A stretch of 64,000 nt of DNA. Origin: Deltaproteobacteria bacterium. GTDB lineage: Bacteria > Desulfobacterota > Syntrophia > Syntrophales > JAAYKM01. The notes below the pieces were generated by a model that worked only from the letters and a program-made list of their open reading frames with translations, did not search any database and was not told where the DNA came from. The stretch is from assembly GCA_012522415.1 (NCBI GenBank), contig JAAYKM010000123.1, positions 1,833 through 65,832 of the forward strand, given 5' to 3'. The translations under genes and the position numbers were made by a program. Positions 17,580 to 28,193 of the stretch are shown here, one piece after another; within the stretch, counting starts at the first letter, position 1, and every line of letters begins with the position of its first letter.

Positions 17580-18758
17580 ATGAACATCACATCAGAAAGC
17601 GTAAAAATCGGGCATCCGGATATCGTTTGCGACATGATTGCCTCACACATCATCGCGGAGATCATTGAAGAAGAACATCGGGCGGGCATGACCATAGACA
17701 CGATGCCCCATTGCGGTCTTGAGGTTTTTTTGGGGAAAGGCCTGTGTATCGTCGGAGGCGAGGTTGCCACCCGCGTCTATGTCGATATCGAGAAAATCGT
17801 TCGCAATACGGTGCTCTCTATCGGGTATGACGATTACCTTCTGGGACTCAATGGCAATTCCATGGGTGTCCTGAACACCATCATCCCACAATCACCGGAT
17901 ATCAACAAGGGTACAAGGGCGCATCTCGGAAAATACAAAGAAATCGGTGCCGGCGACCAGGGTATCATCTATGGTTTTGCATGCAACGAAACTTCAGATT
18001 TTTTGCCTTTGCCGTATGTACTCGTCAACAAGATGATGCGCTGCTTTGAAACCTGTGGGAATCCTGTTTTTGCGCCGGATGGGAAGGGTCAGGTTACGGT
18101 CCAGTACAATGAGCGGGGAATGCCTGAGCGGGTCTCGACCGTGTTGATGTCCAATGCGATAGACTATCGCTGTGTCAAGGAGGGAGAGAAAAGCGGGATT
18201 GAACCCATGGCAAAAGAAATGGCCATGGGTTGCGTCGCTGATTGGGTGGATGACGGCACGGAATTCCTGTTCAATCCTACGGGAGAATGGCAGGCCATCA
18301 ATTCCTGCAGTGCGGCAGATTCGGGTGTTACGGGACGGAAGTTGGTGGTCCAGCTCTACGGCGGTTTTCCGGGAGCTCAGTTGGGAGGCGGCGCCATAGT
18401 CAACAAGTCGCCGGAAAAGGTGGACTGTTCCGCAACCTTCGGTGCGAGACATGTGGCGAAAAACATTGTCGCGGCAGGTCTGGCCGAAAAATGTTCGGTA
18501 CAACTGGCTTACGCCATCGGGATTGCCCGGCCCATATCGGTCTATGTGAATACCTTCGGTACAGGGATACTCTCCGACAACAATTTGGTTCTCTTGGTGA
18601 AGGAGTATTTCGACCTCTCCCCCCGGGGAATGATCGAAAAGTTCAATTTATTGAATGGTGATATTTACCGAAAAATCCCACGGAGTCTTTTCCTAGGTGA
18701 CTACCCCTGGGAACAGCTTGATATGGTCGACGCGCTTAAAAAAGCTGCGGGTATTTAA
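17580..18758 (+). CDS. metK: S-adenosylmethionine synthetase (divergent MetK)
   Basis: 392 aa with SESVKIGHPD, GAGDQGIIYGFA, PDGKGQVTV, DSGVTGRKLVV.LYGG and GGGA..NKSPEKVD.S..FGARHVAKNIVAAGLA. Several normally invariant flanking residues differ. Confidence 0.8.
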   Translation: MNITSESVKIGHPDIVCDMIASHIIAEIIEEEHRAGMTIDTMPHCGLEVFLGKGLCIVGGEVATRVYVDIEKIVRNTVLSIGYDDYLLGLNGNSMGVLNTIIPQSPDINKGTRAHLGKYKEIGAGDQGIIYGFACNETSDFLPLPYVLVNKMMRCFETCGNPVFAPDGKGQVTVQYNERGMPERVSTVLMSNAIDYRCVKEGEKSGIEPMAKEMAMGCVADWVDDGTEFLFNPTGEWQAINSCSAADSGVTGRKLVVQLYGGFPGAQLGGGAIVNKSPEKVDCSATFGARHVAKNIVAAGLAEKCSVQLAYAIGIARPISVYVNTFGTGILSDNNLVLLVKEYFDLSPRGMIEKFNLLNGDIYRKIPRSLFLGDYPWEQLDMVDALKKAAGI

Positions 18759-18827
18759 TCGACCCGATTTTTCTGATTATTCATCGTTTATGGGTTGGTT
18801 TGAAACTGCCTTGTCGGGAGGTTTGAA

Positions 18828-20252
18828 ATGAATTTCCTCAAGATTGATCTGAGTTTACCTCATAAAATTGCGGATATAAATTTGGCCGAATGGGGAAGAA
18901 AGGAAATTGCCCTGTCTGAAAAGGAAATGCCGGGTTTGGTGGCGATTCGGGAAAAATACGGTCCCCTGGAACCCCTGAAGGGTCTGAAGGTTACGGGCAG
19001 CCTGCACATGACTATTCAGACGGCGTTTTTAATCGAAACCCTTAAACTTTTGGGAGCCGACATACGTTGGGCATCCTGTAATATCTATTCCACCCAGGAC
19101 CATGCCGCCGCGGCTATTGCGGCATCAGGATCGGCAGCGGTATTCGCCTGGAAGGGCGAGACATTGGAGGAGTACTGGTGGTGTACGGAACAGGCCCTCA
19201 CCTGGCCGGACGGTTCCGGGCCGGACCTGATTGTCGATGACGGCGGTGATGCGACGATGTTTGTACATCTTGGCGTCAAGGTGGAAAGGGATCCCGAACT
19301 ACTTGAAGTAACACATGAAGAAAAGGAGATGGCCGTCGTTATGGAACGCCTGAGGCGTAGCCGTAAGATGAATCCTGAAAAATGGCAGAAGATTGCGGCG
19401 GATATCCGGGGTGTCTCCGAGGAAACAACCACGGGGGTGCACCGTCTCTATCAGATGGCAGCCAAAGGGGAATTGCTCTTTCCTGCAATCAACGTCAACG
19501 ATTCCGTTACGAAATCCAAGTTCGATAACCTCTACGGGTGCAGGGAATCTCTGGCCGATGGGATCAAAAGGGCGACGGACATCATGATTGCCGGCAAAAT
19601 GATCGTGATTTGCGGATATGGGGACGTGGGCAAAGGATGCGCCCATTCCATGAAGAACCTGGGTGCACGGGTCATAGTGACGGAAATCGATCCAATCTGC
19701 GCCCTCCAGGCGGCCATGGAGGGTTATCCGGTCAAGAGACTGGAAGACGTCGTCAGGGAAGGAGACATCTTTGTTACGGCGACCGGGTGCTGTGATGTCG
19801 TTCGGGGAGAGCATATGGAGCAGATGAAGGATGAAGCGATCGTCTGCAACATCGGTCATTTCGATAGTGAAATCGCCATGTCTTATCTGGAAAGTAATCC
19901 CAAATGCCGTAAGGAGAACATCAAACCCCAGGTGGATCGTTGGTACCTTGAATCGGGACGGTCCATTTTGATTCTGGCTGAAGGGCGGCTGGTCAATCTC
20001 GGCTGTGCGACCGGTCATCCGAGTTTTGTGATGAGCAACAGTTTCACCAATCAATGCCTGGCCCAGATAGACCTGGTCAAAAACGATTACAAACCGGGCG
20101 TTTACCGTTTAAGCAAGTTGCTGGATGAGGAGGTGGCCAGACTTCATCTGGAGCGGGTTGGTGCCGAACTGACCCGACTTGATCAGAAACAGGCAGATTA
20201 TATCGGCGTACCTGTCGATGGACCCTATAAACCGGATTACTATCGTTATTGA
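18828..20252 (+). CDS. ahcY: Adenosylhomocysteinase
   Basis: 474 aa with [39 protein letters not shown] and a C-terminal YRY. Confidence 0.92.
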   Translation: MNFLKIDLSLPHKIADINLAEWGRKEIALSEKEMPGLVAIREKYGPLEPLKGLKVTGSLHMTIQTAFLIETLKLLGADIRWASCNIYSTQDHAAAAIAASGSAAVFAWKGETLEEYWWCTEQALTWPDGSGPDLIVDDGGDATMFVHLGVKVERDPELLEVTHEEKEMAVVMERLRRSRKMNPEKWQKIAADIRGVSEETTTGVHRLYQMAAKGELLFPAINVNDSVTKSKFDNLYGCRESLADGIKRATDIMIAGKMIVICGYGDVGKGCAHSMKNLGARVIVTEIDPICALQAAMEGYPVKRLEDVVREGDIFVTATGCCDVVRGEHMEQMKDEAIVCNIGHFDSEIAMSYLESNPKCRKENIKPQVDRWYLESGRSILILAEGRLVNLGCATGHPSFVMSNSFTNQCLAQIDLVKNDYKPGVYRLSKLLDEEVARLHLERVGAELTRLDQKQADYIGVPVDGPYKPDYYRY

Positions 20253-20275
20253 CAGGGCTGCGGAACGAGGGTTTC

Positions 20276-21361
20276 TCAGGTTCTTATCCGTTGACTGAGT
20301 GACGCTGCCACGATCAGGAATATTCCATTTGCCGTCCAGGCAGCGGCTGCCGGGGGAATTGTACCGGCTCGCCCCAGTGATACGGCAAAGGCGTGGACGA
20401 TCCAGTAGGAAAAACCGATAATCATGCCCAGACCGATGCTTCTGGCAATGCCACCGCTTCGTTCCGCATGGACGGAGAAAATAATGCCAATGGCCGTGAG
20501 AATCACGGTTACGAAGGCAAACGCGATTTTGGCGTGCAGATCCGCGAGATATGCCGTGACGTCGGCTCCAGCTTCAACCAGTTTATCGATGTAATTCTTC
20601 AATTCAAAAAACCCCATTTTATCAGGTGATGTTTGAACCGCCTCGAAATCAGCGGGTGTTTCCTTGACAGGCAGGACCATGCGTCCCTTCTTTTCAATGG
20701 TCGGCAGGCCCCCTGGCGAAAGGGTGATCACCTGCACGTTATGCCCTATCCAGTGGTTTTTTTCCCAAAGGGCCTTTTCCGCACTGATCTGCAGCCTCGG
20801 GCGGAAATCATCCGTCATAAAATAAAGGGAAACCCCTTCGATCATTCCTGTTTTCGAATCGTACAGATGAAAATTGTAAATACTGTCCGTTCCACGGTAC
20901 CATATCTGTGATTGCTTGAAGGTACCGCGGGGTTGCTCCTTTTTTATTCCCACATACTTGATGAAGTCGGCTTTCTGATTGGCCAGAGGCGTGATCCATT
21001 CGCTGAAGAAAAAGAGGAAAAAACTGATTCCCACGGCCGATAGAAAAATCGGGGCGGAAATACGGTACAGGCTGATCCCGTTCGCTTTCATGGCCGTAAT
21101 CTCACTGTTTCGGGAAAGTGTACTGAGGGTGATCAGGGTTGCGACCAGTACGGCAACAGGCAAAGTAAGAGAAACAATCATGGGAATCTGATAAAAGATA
21201 AAGGCAGCCATTTGCTGGGTGGATGCGTTGTTGTTGAGAAACATCTTCAGTCTCTCGAAAAAATCAATAATGATGAACAAGGTGATGAAGAGACTCATGA
21301 CCATGAGCAGAAAAAGAAAGAATTCCCTTAAAATATAACGATCGATTATTTTCATGCCCAA
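20276..21361 (-). CDS. lptG: LPS export ABC transporter permease LptG
   Basis: 361 aa of the YjgP/YjgQ permease family (IIDRYILREF start, 6 TM with a periplasmic beta-jellyroll insert). It is the second of two tandem paralogs. Confidence 0.75.
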   Translation of the reverse strand: MGMKIIDRYILREFFLFLLMVMSLFITLFIIIDFFERLKMFLNNNASTQQMAAFIFYQIPMIVSLTLPVAVLVATLITLSTLSRNSEITAMKANGISLYRISAPIFLSAVGISFFLFFFSEWITPLANQKADFIKYVGIKKEQPRGTFKQSQIWYRGTDSIYNFHLYDSKTGMIEGVSLYFMTDDFRPRLQISAEKALWEKNHWIGHNVQVITLSPGGLPTIEKKGRMVLPVKETPADFEAVQTSPDKMGFFELKNYIDKLVEAGADVTAYLADLHAKIAFAFVTVILTAIGIIFSVHAERSGGIARSIGLGMIIGFSYWIVHAFAVSLGRAGTIPPAAAAWTANGIFLIVAASLSQRIRT

Positions 21362-21424
21362 TGACTGTTCACTTCGTTAAAAATGGATTTTTCTCACGTA
21401 ATTGCGCCGGAGCACATTGGTTTG

Positions 21425-22558
21425 TCATGTCCGAAAAGGGGCGTTGAATCCCGTTATGCTTTTGTCGGATGCGGATCTCACGAAAAGCCAAACCGCCGCA
21501 ACAGAAAAGAGTCCTGTGGTTCCCATGGCTCCGGCCAGGGGATTCAGACGTCCCATTTCAACCAGGGCGTCGCTTCCCAACTGCATCAGGTAATAAACCA
21601 GTACGATGAAAAGTCCAATGACAAAACCGCGGGCTTTTGCTGACCGTTGCGGACGAATAGCCAGCGGAAGTCCCATGACGGCAAAAATGAGACATGAGAA
21701 AGGAATGGTAATTTTTTTATATAACTCGGTCATCAATTCAGCCAGGTTTTTTTGTTTCAAACCGCCTTTCCTTATTTCGTGAAGCAGTTCTTTAAAAGTC
21801 ATCTCACGCGTATCCTTTCCCTTCCGGCTGGACAGGGCCGCGCCGATATCGAGATTGATATCGTATGTCTGGAAGATCATCTGCCGGTAACTTGCCCGGC
21901 GGAGGTCGGTGCTTGAAGAGACACCTGATTCCAGTCGCATGTTCAGGGATCGGTTATCCGGATCCGAGACCAGATAGGCTTTTCTGGCGAAGATTGTTGC
22001 GGGTTCCTGGCCCGGACGGCGATCTGAGATCATGACACCTTCCAGGTAATCTCCGCTCTGAGGGATCCGGTCTGCATAGATCAAAATCCCCTGAAAATCA
22101 TCATTGAAGACTTTTTCCTGAATGCCAATGGTGGCCTTTTGTTGGGCAATAGAAAAGAGAAGGTTTTTTGTCGCCGTGTTTCCGGCAGGCATGAGGAAAA
22201 AAGACATCACCATGGTCGCCAGGAATGTCAAGGCGGAGAAAAACAGTACCGGAACGCACAACTGGAACAGGCTCACACCGGACGATCGCATCACCGTGAT
22301 TTCGTTATCACTGGAAAGTCGTCCCACACCGATGAGAACCGAGATCAACAAAGAAATGGGAATCGTGTACACCAGAAGTGCCGGCATCAAAAAACCGATC
22401 AATTGAGCGATATCGGCAAAACGTATCCCCTTGTTTACCATCAGGTCCATAAGTCGCAGGGTTTTGCCCATAAGCATAACGAAGGTAAGAATCAACAGCA
22501 CGAACAGGAATGGCAGAGAAATCTCTTTAAGAAGGTAGCGATAGAGTATTTTCTTCAT
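21425..22558 (-). CDS. lptF: LPS export ABC transporter permease LptF
   Basis: 377 aa of the YjgP/YjgQ family (ILYRYLLKEI start). It is the upstream member of the pair. Confidence 0.75.
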   Translation of the reverse strand: MKKILYRYLLKEISLPFLFVLLILTFVMLMGKTLRLMDLMVNKGIRFADIAQLIGFLMPALLVYTIPISLLISVLIGVGRLSSDNEITVMRSSGVSLFQLCVPVLFFSALTFLATMVMSFFLMPAGNTATKNLLFSIAQQKATIGIQEKVFNDDFQGILIYADRIPQSGDYLEGVMISDRRPGQEPATIFARKAYLVSDPDNRSLNMRLESGVSSSTDLRRASYRQMIFQTYDINLDIGAALSSRKGKDTREMTFKELLHEIRKGGLKQKNLAELMTELYKKITIPFSCLIFAVMGLPLAIRPQRSAKARGFVIGLFIVLVYYLMQLGSDALVEMGRLNPLAGAMGTTGLFSVAAVWLFVRSASDKSITGFNAPFRT

Positions 22559-22770
22559 AATCTTTTACGACCATTCACATCTTTTATGACCACCCATGAA
22601 TTGAGCGAATATATGCATTAACTTCGGTTTTCACAACTATAAACTGTGGCCGTCAACGAACGATCGTCGAATGATCGTCAGGAACGGTTTGCAAAAACCG
22701 GAAAAATATGCAAAAGGAATGGAAAATCCTTACGTCCCGTCGAAGGGTGGCGGAAGGGATTTGTTTGGAG

Positions 22771-23427
22771 ATGAAAATGATAGACCTCCACACACATACG
22801 ATTTTCAGCGATGGGGAGTTGGTTCCATCGGAACTGGTGCGCAGAGCCGCCGATCGAGGCTACCGGGCTATCGCCATGACGGACCACGCTGATCTTTCGA
22901 ATCTTGATTTCATTGTGCCGCGCATGGTCAAAATCTGCGGCAGCTTGACTGCCATCGGCATGATAAAAGTCATTCCAGGCATAGAGTTGACCCATGTGCC
23001 GCCGGTGCATATCAAGGAATTGGCCAGAGAAGCCCGGTCTCTTGGTGCGCAAATCATTGTCGTTCACGGGGAAACCATTGTGGAACCAGTTGAAGAAGGG
23101 ACCAATTTGGCGGCGGTCACTTCCGATATAGACATTCTGGCCCACCCGGGTCTCGTGACGGAGGAAGTTGCCGTGTCGGCCGCAAAAAAGGGTATCTGTT
23201 TCGAAGTATCCGCCCGGAAAGGGCATAGCCTCTCCAACGGTCATGTCGTAAAATACGCCAGAAAATACAACGTACCCCTCGTCCTGAACAGCGATTCCCA
23301 TTCACCAAACGATTTGCTTACACCGGCCTTTGCACGCCTCGTAGCAGCCGGGGCGGGACTTGCTGCCAATGAAATCGAAAACATGTATCGAAACGCGGAA
23401 AAACTTGTCCGGAGAAGATCTCTCTAA
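22771..23427 (+). CDS. PHP-domain phosphoesterase (histidinol-phosphatase-like)
   Basis: Starts MKMIDLHTHTIFSDG, with TDHAD and HGE motifs. ATG at 22771 or 22777 after GGAG. The longer track start at 22708 has no support. Confidence 0.75.
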   Translation: MKMIDLHTHTIFSDGELVPSELVRRAADRGYRAIAMTDHADLSNLDFIVPRMVKICGSLTAIGMIKVIPGIELTHVPPVHIKELAREARSLGAQIIVVHGETIVEPVEEGTNLAAVTSDIDILAHPGLVTEEVAVSAAKKGICFEVSARKGHSLSNGHVVKYARKYNVPLVLNSDSHSPNDLLTPAFARLVAAGAGLAANEIENMYRNAEKLVRRRSL

Positions 23428-23581
23428 GTTCATTCAGGATGAATTTCCAGCAGCCCCCCAATAATCACTGAATTTGCCTTTAGATTTTCCGGCCGCAGGA
23501 TCTGCACCCAGGGCCTCTCCTCTCGTCCTCCAATTCATCTGAAAAACATCAATTTCTGAAGGAATTATCCCGGACAGAGCC

Positions 23582-23610
23582 TTGACAGGGTATGGGGTGA
23601 TAACTATATT
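23582..23610 (+). promoter_or_regulatory. Sigma70-type promoter upstream of gmhA-grpE-dnaK
   Basis: TTGACA (23582-23587), 17-nt spacer, TATATT (23605-23610). Confidence 0.55.
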
Positions 23611-23656
23611 ACCCACGCGTTTGGCGCTCCGGTGTCTCAATAAAGGGAAAGCAGGA

Positions 23657-24247
23657 ATGACCATGGAAGATCTGATCGTAAAGATATTCAAAGAAAGCTC
23701 TCACGCTAAAGATATGTTTATCAATGAAAATCTGTCCCGTCTGGTCAATATCGTTGAAGTGATCAAAAAATGCCTGGAAAACGGTAATAAGATTCTTATT
23801 TTTGGTAATGGTGGCAGCTCATCAGATTCACAGCACCTCGCCGCGGAATTCGTGAACCGTTTCAGGATCGAGCGACCGCCCTTGCCGGCCATTTCGCTGG
23901 CGGCAGATACGGCTGTGATCACCAGTATCGCTAACGACTATGATTTTTCCGAGGTCTTCAGCAAACAGATCCGGGCGGTGGGACAACAGGGTGACGTGGC
24001 GTGGGGGTTGAGCACGAGTGGCAAGTCGCCCAATGTATTGAAGGCCTTGGAAACCGCCAGGAAGAACAGCTTGGTCACGATCGGTTTTACAGGGGCGGAC
24101 GGGGGGGAAATGGCCAGAGTATGTGATTACATCCTCAATGTTCCATCGTCCAACACGGCGCGCATTCAGGAGGTACTCATGACGGCGGGACATGTAATCT
24201 GTGAAATGGTGGATTTCAAACTTTTTCAAAGACCGGAGGTGGGTTGA
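23657..24247 (+). CDS. gmhA: SIS-domain D-sedoheptulose-7-phosphate isomerase (GmhA/DiaA family)
   Basis: About 196 aa from the ATG at 23657, with ILIFGNGGSSSDSQHLAAEFVNRF and STSGKSPNV. The track start at 23582 overlaps the promoter. Confidence 0.8.
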   Translation: MTMEDLIVKIFKESSHAKDMFINENLSRLVNIVEVIKKCLENGNKILIFGNGGSSSDSQHLAAEFVNRFRIERPPLPAISLAADTAVITSIANDYDFSEVFSKQIRAVGQQGDVAWGLSTSGKSPNVLKALETARKNSLVTIGFTGADGGEMARVCDYILNVPSSNTARIQEVLMTAGHVICEMVDFKLFQRPEVG

Positions 24248-24281
24248 AGGACAAGTTTTATATAAAGAAAGCGGTGAATAA

Positions 24282-24842
24282 ATGACAAAGAAACTCAAAA
24301 AAGACAACGCACGGGATCATGTCGAAATTAGTGAAGACGCGGAAGAGAGGGTGAAGTCTGACTCTATATTGGCTGGTGACGAAAATTTGGAGAGCCTCAT
24401 TGTCGAGAAAGAAAAAATGGCGGCGGAAAGCCATGAAAAATACCTGCGAGCACGGGCTGATCTTGAAAACTACAAGAAAAGAGCGGCAAAAGACAAGCAG
24501 GACACCATAAAATATGGCAATGAAAAACTGATCAGAGATCTGTTACCTCTGATTGACGGAATGGACCGGGCTCTGGGCTGTTCGGAAAATTCAACTGATT
24601 TTGAAGCCTTTCGGGAGGGACTCCAGCTTCTTCAGGAGCAGTTGTGCTGCTGCCTGGAAAAGTACGGCGTTGAAACGATCGATGCGGCAGGGAAACCGTT
24701 TGACCCGAACATTCATGAAGCGCTTATGCAGGTGGAGAGTTCTGAGCATGAAGCCAATCAAGTCGTAACCCAGATGGAAAAAGGATATCTTCTTAATGGA
24801 AGATTAATCAGGCCGGCGAAAGTCTGTGTCTGCAAAAAATAA
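24282..24842 (+). CDS. grpE: Nucleotide exchange factor GrpE
   Basis: 186 aa with YLRARADLENYKKR, DPN.HEA and a C-terminal GY.LNGRLIRPA.V. Confidence 0.9.
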   Translation: MTKKLKKDNARDHVEISEDAEERVKSDSILAGDENLESLIVEKEKMAAESHEKYLRARADLENYKKRAAKDKQDTIKYGNEKLIRDLLPLIDGMDRALGCSENSTDFEAFREGLQLLQEQLCCCLEKYGVETIDAAGKPFDPNIHEALMQVESSEHEANQVVTQMEKGYLLNGRLIRPAKVCVCKK

Positions 24843-24892
24843 GTTAGGAATACATACAATCATTGAGAGATCATTTAAGGAGGGACATGGGG

Positions 24893-26809
24893 ATGGCAAA
24901 AATAATCGGTATTGATCTGGGAACAACAAATTCGTGTGTCGCCGTCATGGAGAGCGGCGATCCCGTCGTGATAGCCAATCAGGAGGGCACTCGAACTACG
25001 CCGTCCACAGTGGCCTTCACTGACAGTGGAGAGAGGCTTGCGGGGCAGGTTGCTAAACGTCAGGCCGTAACCAATTCGGAAAATACGGTTTACGCCATCA
25101 AAAGGATGATCGGCAGAAAGTACACCTCAAAAGAGGTTCAGCATGATATCCCCATTACACCCTATAAGATTACGGAAGCTCCCAACGGTGATGCCCAGGT
25201 AACGGTACGGGGACGAAACTACAGCCCGGCGGAAATTTCATCCATGATATTGACGAAGATGAGACAGACCGCTGAAGACTATCTGGGAGAGAAGGTGCAG
25301 GATGTCGTGGTGACGGTGCCCGCCTACTTCAACGATTCCCAGCGCCAGGCGACCAAGGATGCCGGCAAGATTGCGGGACTCAACGTATTGAGAATCATCA
25401 ATGAACCGACGGCGGCGGCCCTTGCTTACGGACTGGACAAGAAAAAGGACGAAAAAATAGCCGTTTTTGACCTGGGAGGCGGTACCTTCGATATTTCAAT
25501 TCTGGAAATAGGGGACGGGGTTTTTGAGGTCAAGTCCACCAACGGGGATACGCATCTTGGTGGAGAGGATTTTGACCAGGTTTTGATCGAATACCTGGCA
25601 ACGGAATTCAAGAAGGATCAGGGAATTGATATACGTGGTGATAAAATGGCTCTCCAAAGGTTGAAGGAGGCGGCCGAAAAGGCAAAGATGGAATTATCCA
25701 CGGCAATGGAAACGGATATCAATCTGCCGTTCATCACGGCGGATGCGTCGGGTCCCAAGCATATGAACATCAAGCTGACCCGGGCAAAACTCGAGGCGTT
25801 GGTGGAAAATCTGATAGGGAAACTCGAGCCGCCCTGTCAGACTGCCCTCAAGGACGCAAACCTGACGCCGAAAGACATCGACGAAGTGATCCTTGTCGGC
25901 GGGATGACGAGAATGCCCCGAGTACAGCAGAAAGTGAAAGAAATCTTCGGAAAGGAACCGAATAAAGGCGTGAATCCGGATGAAGTCGTCGCGATCGGTG
26001 CGGCGATTCAGGGAGGGGTACTGAAAGGTGATGTGAAAGATGTCCTCCTGTTGGATGTCACCCCCCTTTCTCTGGGCATTGAAACCTTGGGCGGCGTCAT
26101 GACGAAGCTGATTGAAAAGAACACCTCGATTCCGACCAGAAAGAGTCAGGTCTTCTCAACGGCGGCGGACAATCAGCCAGCAGTCAGTATCCATGTCCTC
26201 CAGGGTGAGCGGTCCATGGCTCAGGACAACCGCACCCTCGGGCGATTTGAACTTGTCGGCATTCCTCCGGCTCCACGCGGAATGCCCCAAATTGAAGTGA
26301 CCTTTGATATTGATGCAAACGGAATTGTCCACGTTTCTGCAAAGGATCTCGGTACGGGGAAGGAACAAAGCATCAAAATCACCGCTTCGAGCGGCCTGAA
26401 TGAGACGGAAATCGACAAGCTCGTGAAGGAAGCGGAGGCTCATGCCGAAGAAGACAAGAAACGTAAAGAATTAATCGAAGCGAGGAACCAAGCGGATTCT
26501 TTCCTTTATGGTGTCGAAAAGAATGTCAAGGAATATGGCGATAAAATTGATTCAACAGAAAAGGCAAAAATAGAAGACGCCATCGCCAAACTCAAAAAGG
26601 CGATTGAAGGCGAAGATCTGCAGTCAATTCAGTCGGCCCAGGAGGAATTGACGAATGCCTCCCACAAATTGGCCGAGGCCATGTACGCCAAAACGGCCCA
26701 ACAGGAAGGAGACGTCGGTCAGGGGAGCGGGACTACGGACGGCGCTCAGCATGAAGGCGGCCGCAAGGAGGACGATGTCGTCGACGCCGACTTTGAAGAT
26801 GTGAAGTAA
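24893..26809 (+). CDS. dnaK: Molecular chaperone DnaK (Hsp70)
   Basis: [14 protein letters not shown] from the ATG at 24893 (AAGGAGG 9 nt upstream), with DLGGGTFD and an acidic C-terminus. Confidence 0.95.
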   Translation: MAKIIGIDLGTTNSCVAVMESGDPVVIANQEGTRTTPSTVAFTDSGERLAGQVAKRQAVTNSENTVYAIKRMIGRKYTSKEVQHDIPITPYKITEAPNGDAQVTVRGRNYSPAEISSMILTKMRQTAEDYLGEKVQDVVVTVPAYFNDSQRQATKDAGKIAGLNVLRIINEPTAAALAYGLDKKKDEKIAVFDLGGGTFDISILEIGDGVFEVKSTNGDTHLGGEDFDQVLIEYLATEFKKDQGIDIRGDKMALQRLKEAAEKAKMELSTAMETDINLPFITADASGPKHMNIKLTRAKLEALVENLIGKLEPPCQTALKDANLTPKDIDEVILVGGMTRMPRVQQKVKEIFGKEPNKGVNPDEVVAIGAAIQGGVLKGDVKDVLLLDVTPLSLGIETLGGVMTKLIEKNTSIPTRKSQVFSTAADNQPAVSIHVLQGERSMAQDNRTLGRFELVGIPPAPRGMPQIEVTFDIDANGIVHVSAKDLGTGKEQSIKITASSGLNETEIDKLVKEAEAHAEEDKKRKELIEARNQADSFLYGVEKNVKEYGDKIDSTEKAKIEDAIAKLKKAIEGEDLQSIQSAQEELTNASHKLAEAMYAKTAQQEGDVGQGSGTTDGAQHEGGRKEDDVVDADFEDVK

Positions 26810-26832
26810 AAGAGGAAATAAGGATGAAAATG

Positions 26833-26872
26833 CCCGGAAATCATGTTATCGGTTTCCGGGTATTTTCTTTTT
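26833..26872 (+). terminator. Rho-independent terminator after dnaK
   Basis: CCCGGAAA (26833-26840) / TTTCCGGG (26853-26860), followed by a T-rich tract TATTTTCTTTTT. Confidence 0.75.
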
Positions 26873-26942
26873 GTTGAATGATCGTAAGGATTTCATACAA
26901 CGAACCAGAGCCGCAAGGCAATTAAATGACGGACCTTGATAA

Positions 26943-28139
26943 GTGATTCACGCAAAATCCCCCTTAATTATCCTGGCTTTGTTCACATTGTTATTATCGC
27001 CGTGTGTTCAGGCGGAAGTTTTATCCATTAATGATCCGGAGAAAAATGAAAAGGGATTCTCTTTTGGGGCGATCCTCCCTCTCAGCGGATTCTATGAAGA
27101 TTACGGCGACCGGATTCTGAAAAGCCTGATCCTCGCCGGTGGTTTTTTCATGCCTCATCGGGAAACCTTTGCAGAACTCCATATAGAAGACTCGCAGATG
27201 CAGCCGGAAAAAGCACGACAGAGGTTCGAAAGATTAAAGGCCCCGGAGGATTTGCTTGCGGTAATTGGTCCCCTTTCAAGCGAGGAAGCCCTGGAATTGG
27301 GTGAACTTTCCGGTCGAAAGGGCATTCCCCTGTTGACATTAACGAAAAACGAAGATGTCACGGGTTTGAGTTCCTATTGTTTCAGCGCCGTCCCCAGCTC
27401 AAAACGGCAGTTGCGCCACCTTGCCCACCATGTATTGAATGAAAGGAACATAAACCGGATAGCCATTCTCTATCCCGACGTTCCGTTCGGTCAAGACGCG
27501 GCGCACTTTTTTCGGGTAGAAATAAAAAACAGGGGGGGGAGGATCACCCACTTCATCTCATACGAGGGACAATCAACTGATTTTTCGAAAGAAATCATGT
27601 TGCTTCTCCGAGACCCGGACGATTCTGCTCACTCGGGCGGTGATATGGGACAGGCGAATCAGCGAACCGCATTTGATGGACTGTTCATTCCGGATACGGC
27701 AGCCCGTGCAGCCCAAATTGTATCGCAGTTTTCCTTTTATAATACGCAGGGTTTTCAGTTGTTTGGCGGCAGCGGCTTGAATGATCCGGATACGATCAGA
27801 AAACATCGAGATCTTTTTGCGGGTGCGGTTTTTGTTGACGGCTATTTCTCCTGTGGCACCCATGCAAAAACGGAGGCGTTTGCCGACGGGTATTATGCGG
27901 CATACGCGAGGGAACCTGATTCATTGGATGCCTACGCCTATGATGCCATGATGCTGGTCATGAAAGCCCTGAAGGATGGCATGACAAGCAGCAGGCCGCT
28001 GAGAGATATTCTGGCGGAGACGAGAGCTTATCCGGGTGTTCGTGGTTTAATCACGGCGAGTCCAAGCCGTCTTATGGACAGCGAGCCTTTTCTGATTACG
28101 GTTGTCGAAGGGGAGGGGGTCCGTATGGGCCGTCCGTGA
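26943..28139 (+). CDS. Periplasmic type-I solute-binding-fold protein (Leu/Ile/Val-binding / LpoA-C-like), probable lipoprotein
   Basis: 398 aa with a GTG start, a signal peptide with a lipobox-like LLLSPC, and the overall PBP type-1 pattern (VIGPLSS, ILYPD..FG). Confidence 0.6.
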   Translation: MIHAKSPLIILALFTLLLSPCVQAEVLSINDPEKNEKGFSFGAILPLSGFYEDYGDRILKSLILAGGFFMPHRETFAELHIEDSQMQPEKARQRFERLKAPEDLLAVIGPLSSEEALELGELSGRKGIPLLTLTKNEDVTGLSSYCFSAVPSSKRQLRHLAHHVLNERNINRIAILYPDVPFGQDAAHFFRVEIKNRGGRITHFISYEGQSTDFSKEIMLLLRDPDDSAHSGGDMGQANQRTAFDGLFIPDTAARAAQIVSQFSFYNTQGFQLFGGSGLNDPDTIRKHRDLFAGAVFVDGYFSCGTHAKTEAFADGYYAAYAREPDSLDAYAYDAMMLVMKALKDGMTSSRPLRDILAETRAYPGVRGLITASPSRLMDSEPFLITVVEGEGVRMGRP

Positions 28140-28193
28140 CATCGGAAATCCTCGATTCTGTCCGATATATTACCTTAAGGAGCTGAAAATATA

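Noticed and set aside
17553-18827. SAM riboswitch upstream of metK or SAH riboswitch upstream of ahcY
   Set aside because: The gaps are only 27 nt and 69 nt, and neither contains recognisable conserved riboswitch cores.
19299-20054. 251-aa minus-strand ORF inside ahcY, and similar ones inside aroE (8521-9165), pgm (30513-31289), M24 peptidase (29700-30239), panB (60750-61319) and PPIase/GT (61991-62875)
   Set aside because: All are fully nested antisense to genes with clear family motifs. None has an RBS or recognisable domain.
23434-23691. 85-aa minus-strand ORF between the PHP gene and gmhA
   Set aside because: It overlaps the gmhA promoter and start on the opposite strand, and has no RBS or motif.
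24248-24892. CIRCE/HrcA operator upstream of grpE or dnaK
   Set aside because: No TTAGCACTC-N9-GAGTGCTAA-like inverted repeat is visible in either intergenic segment.
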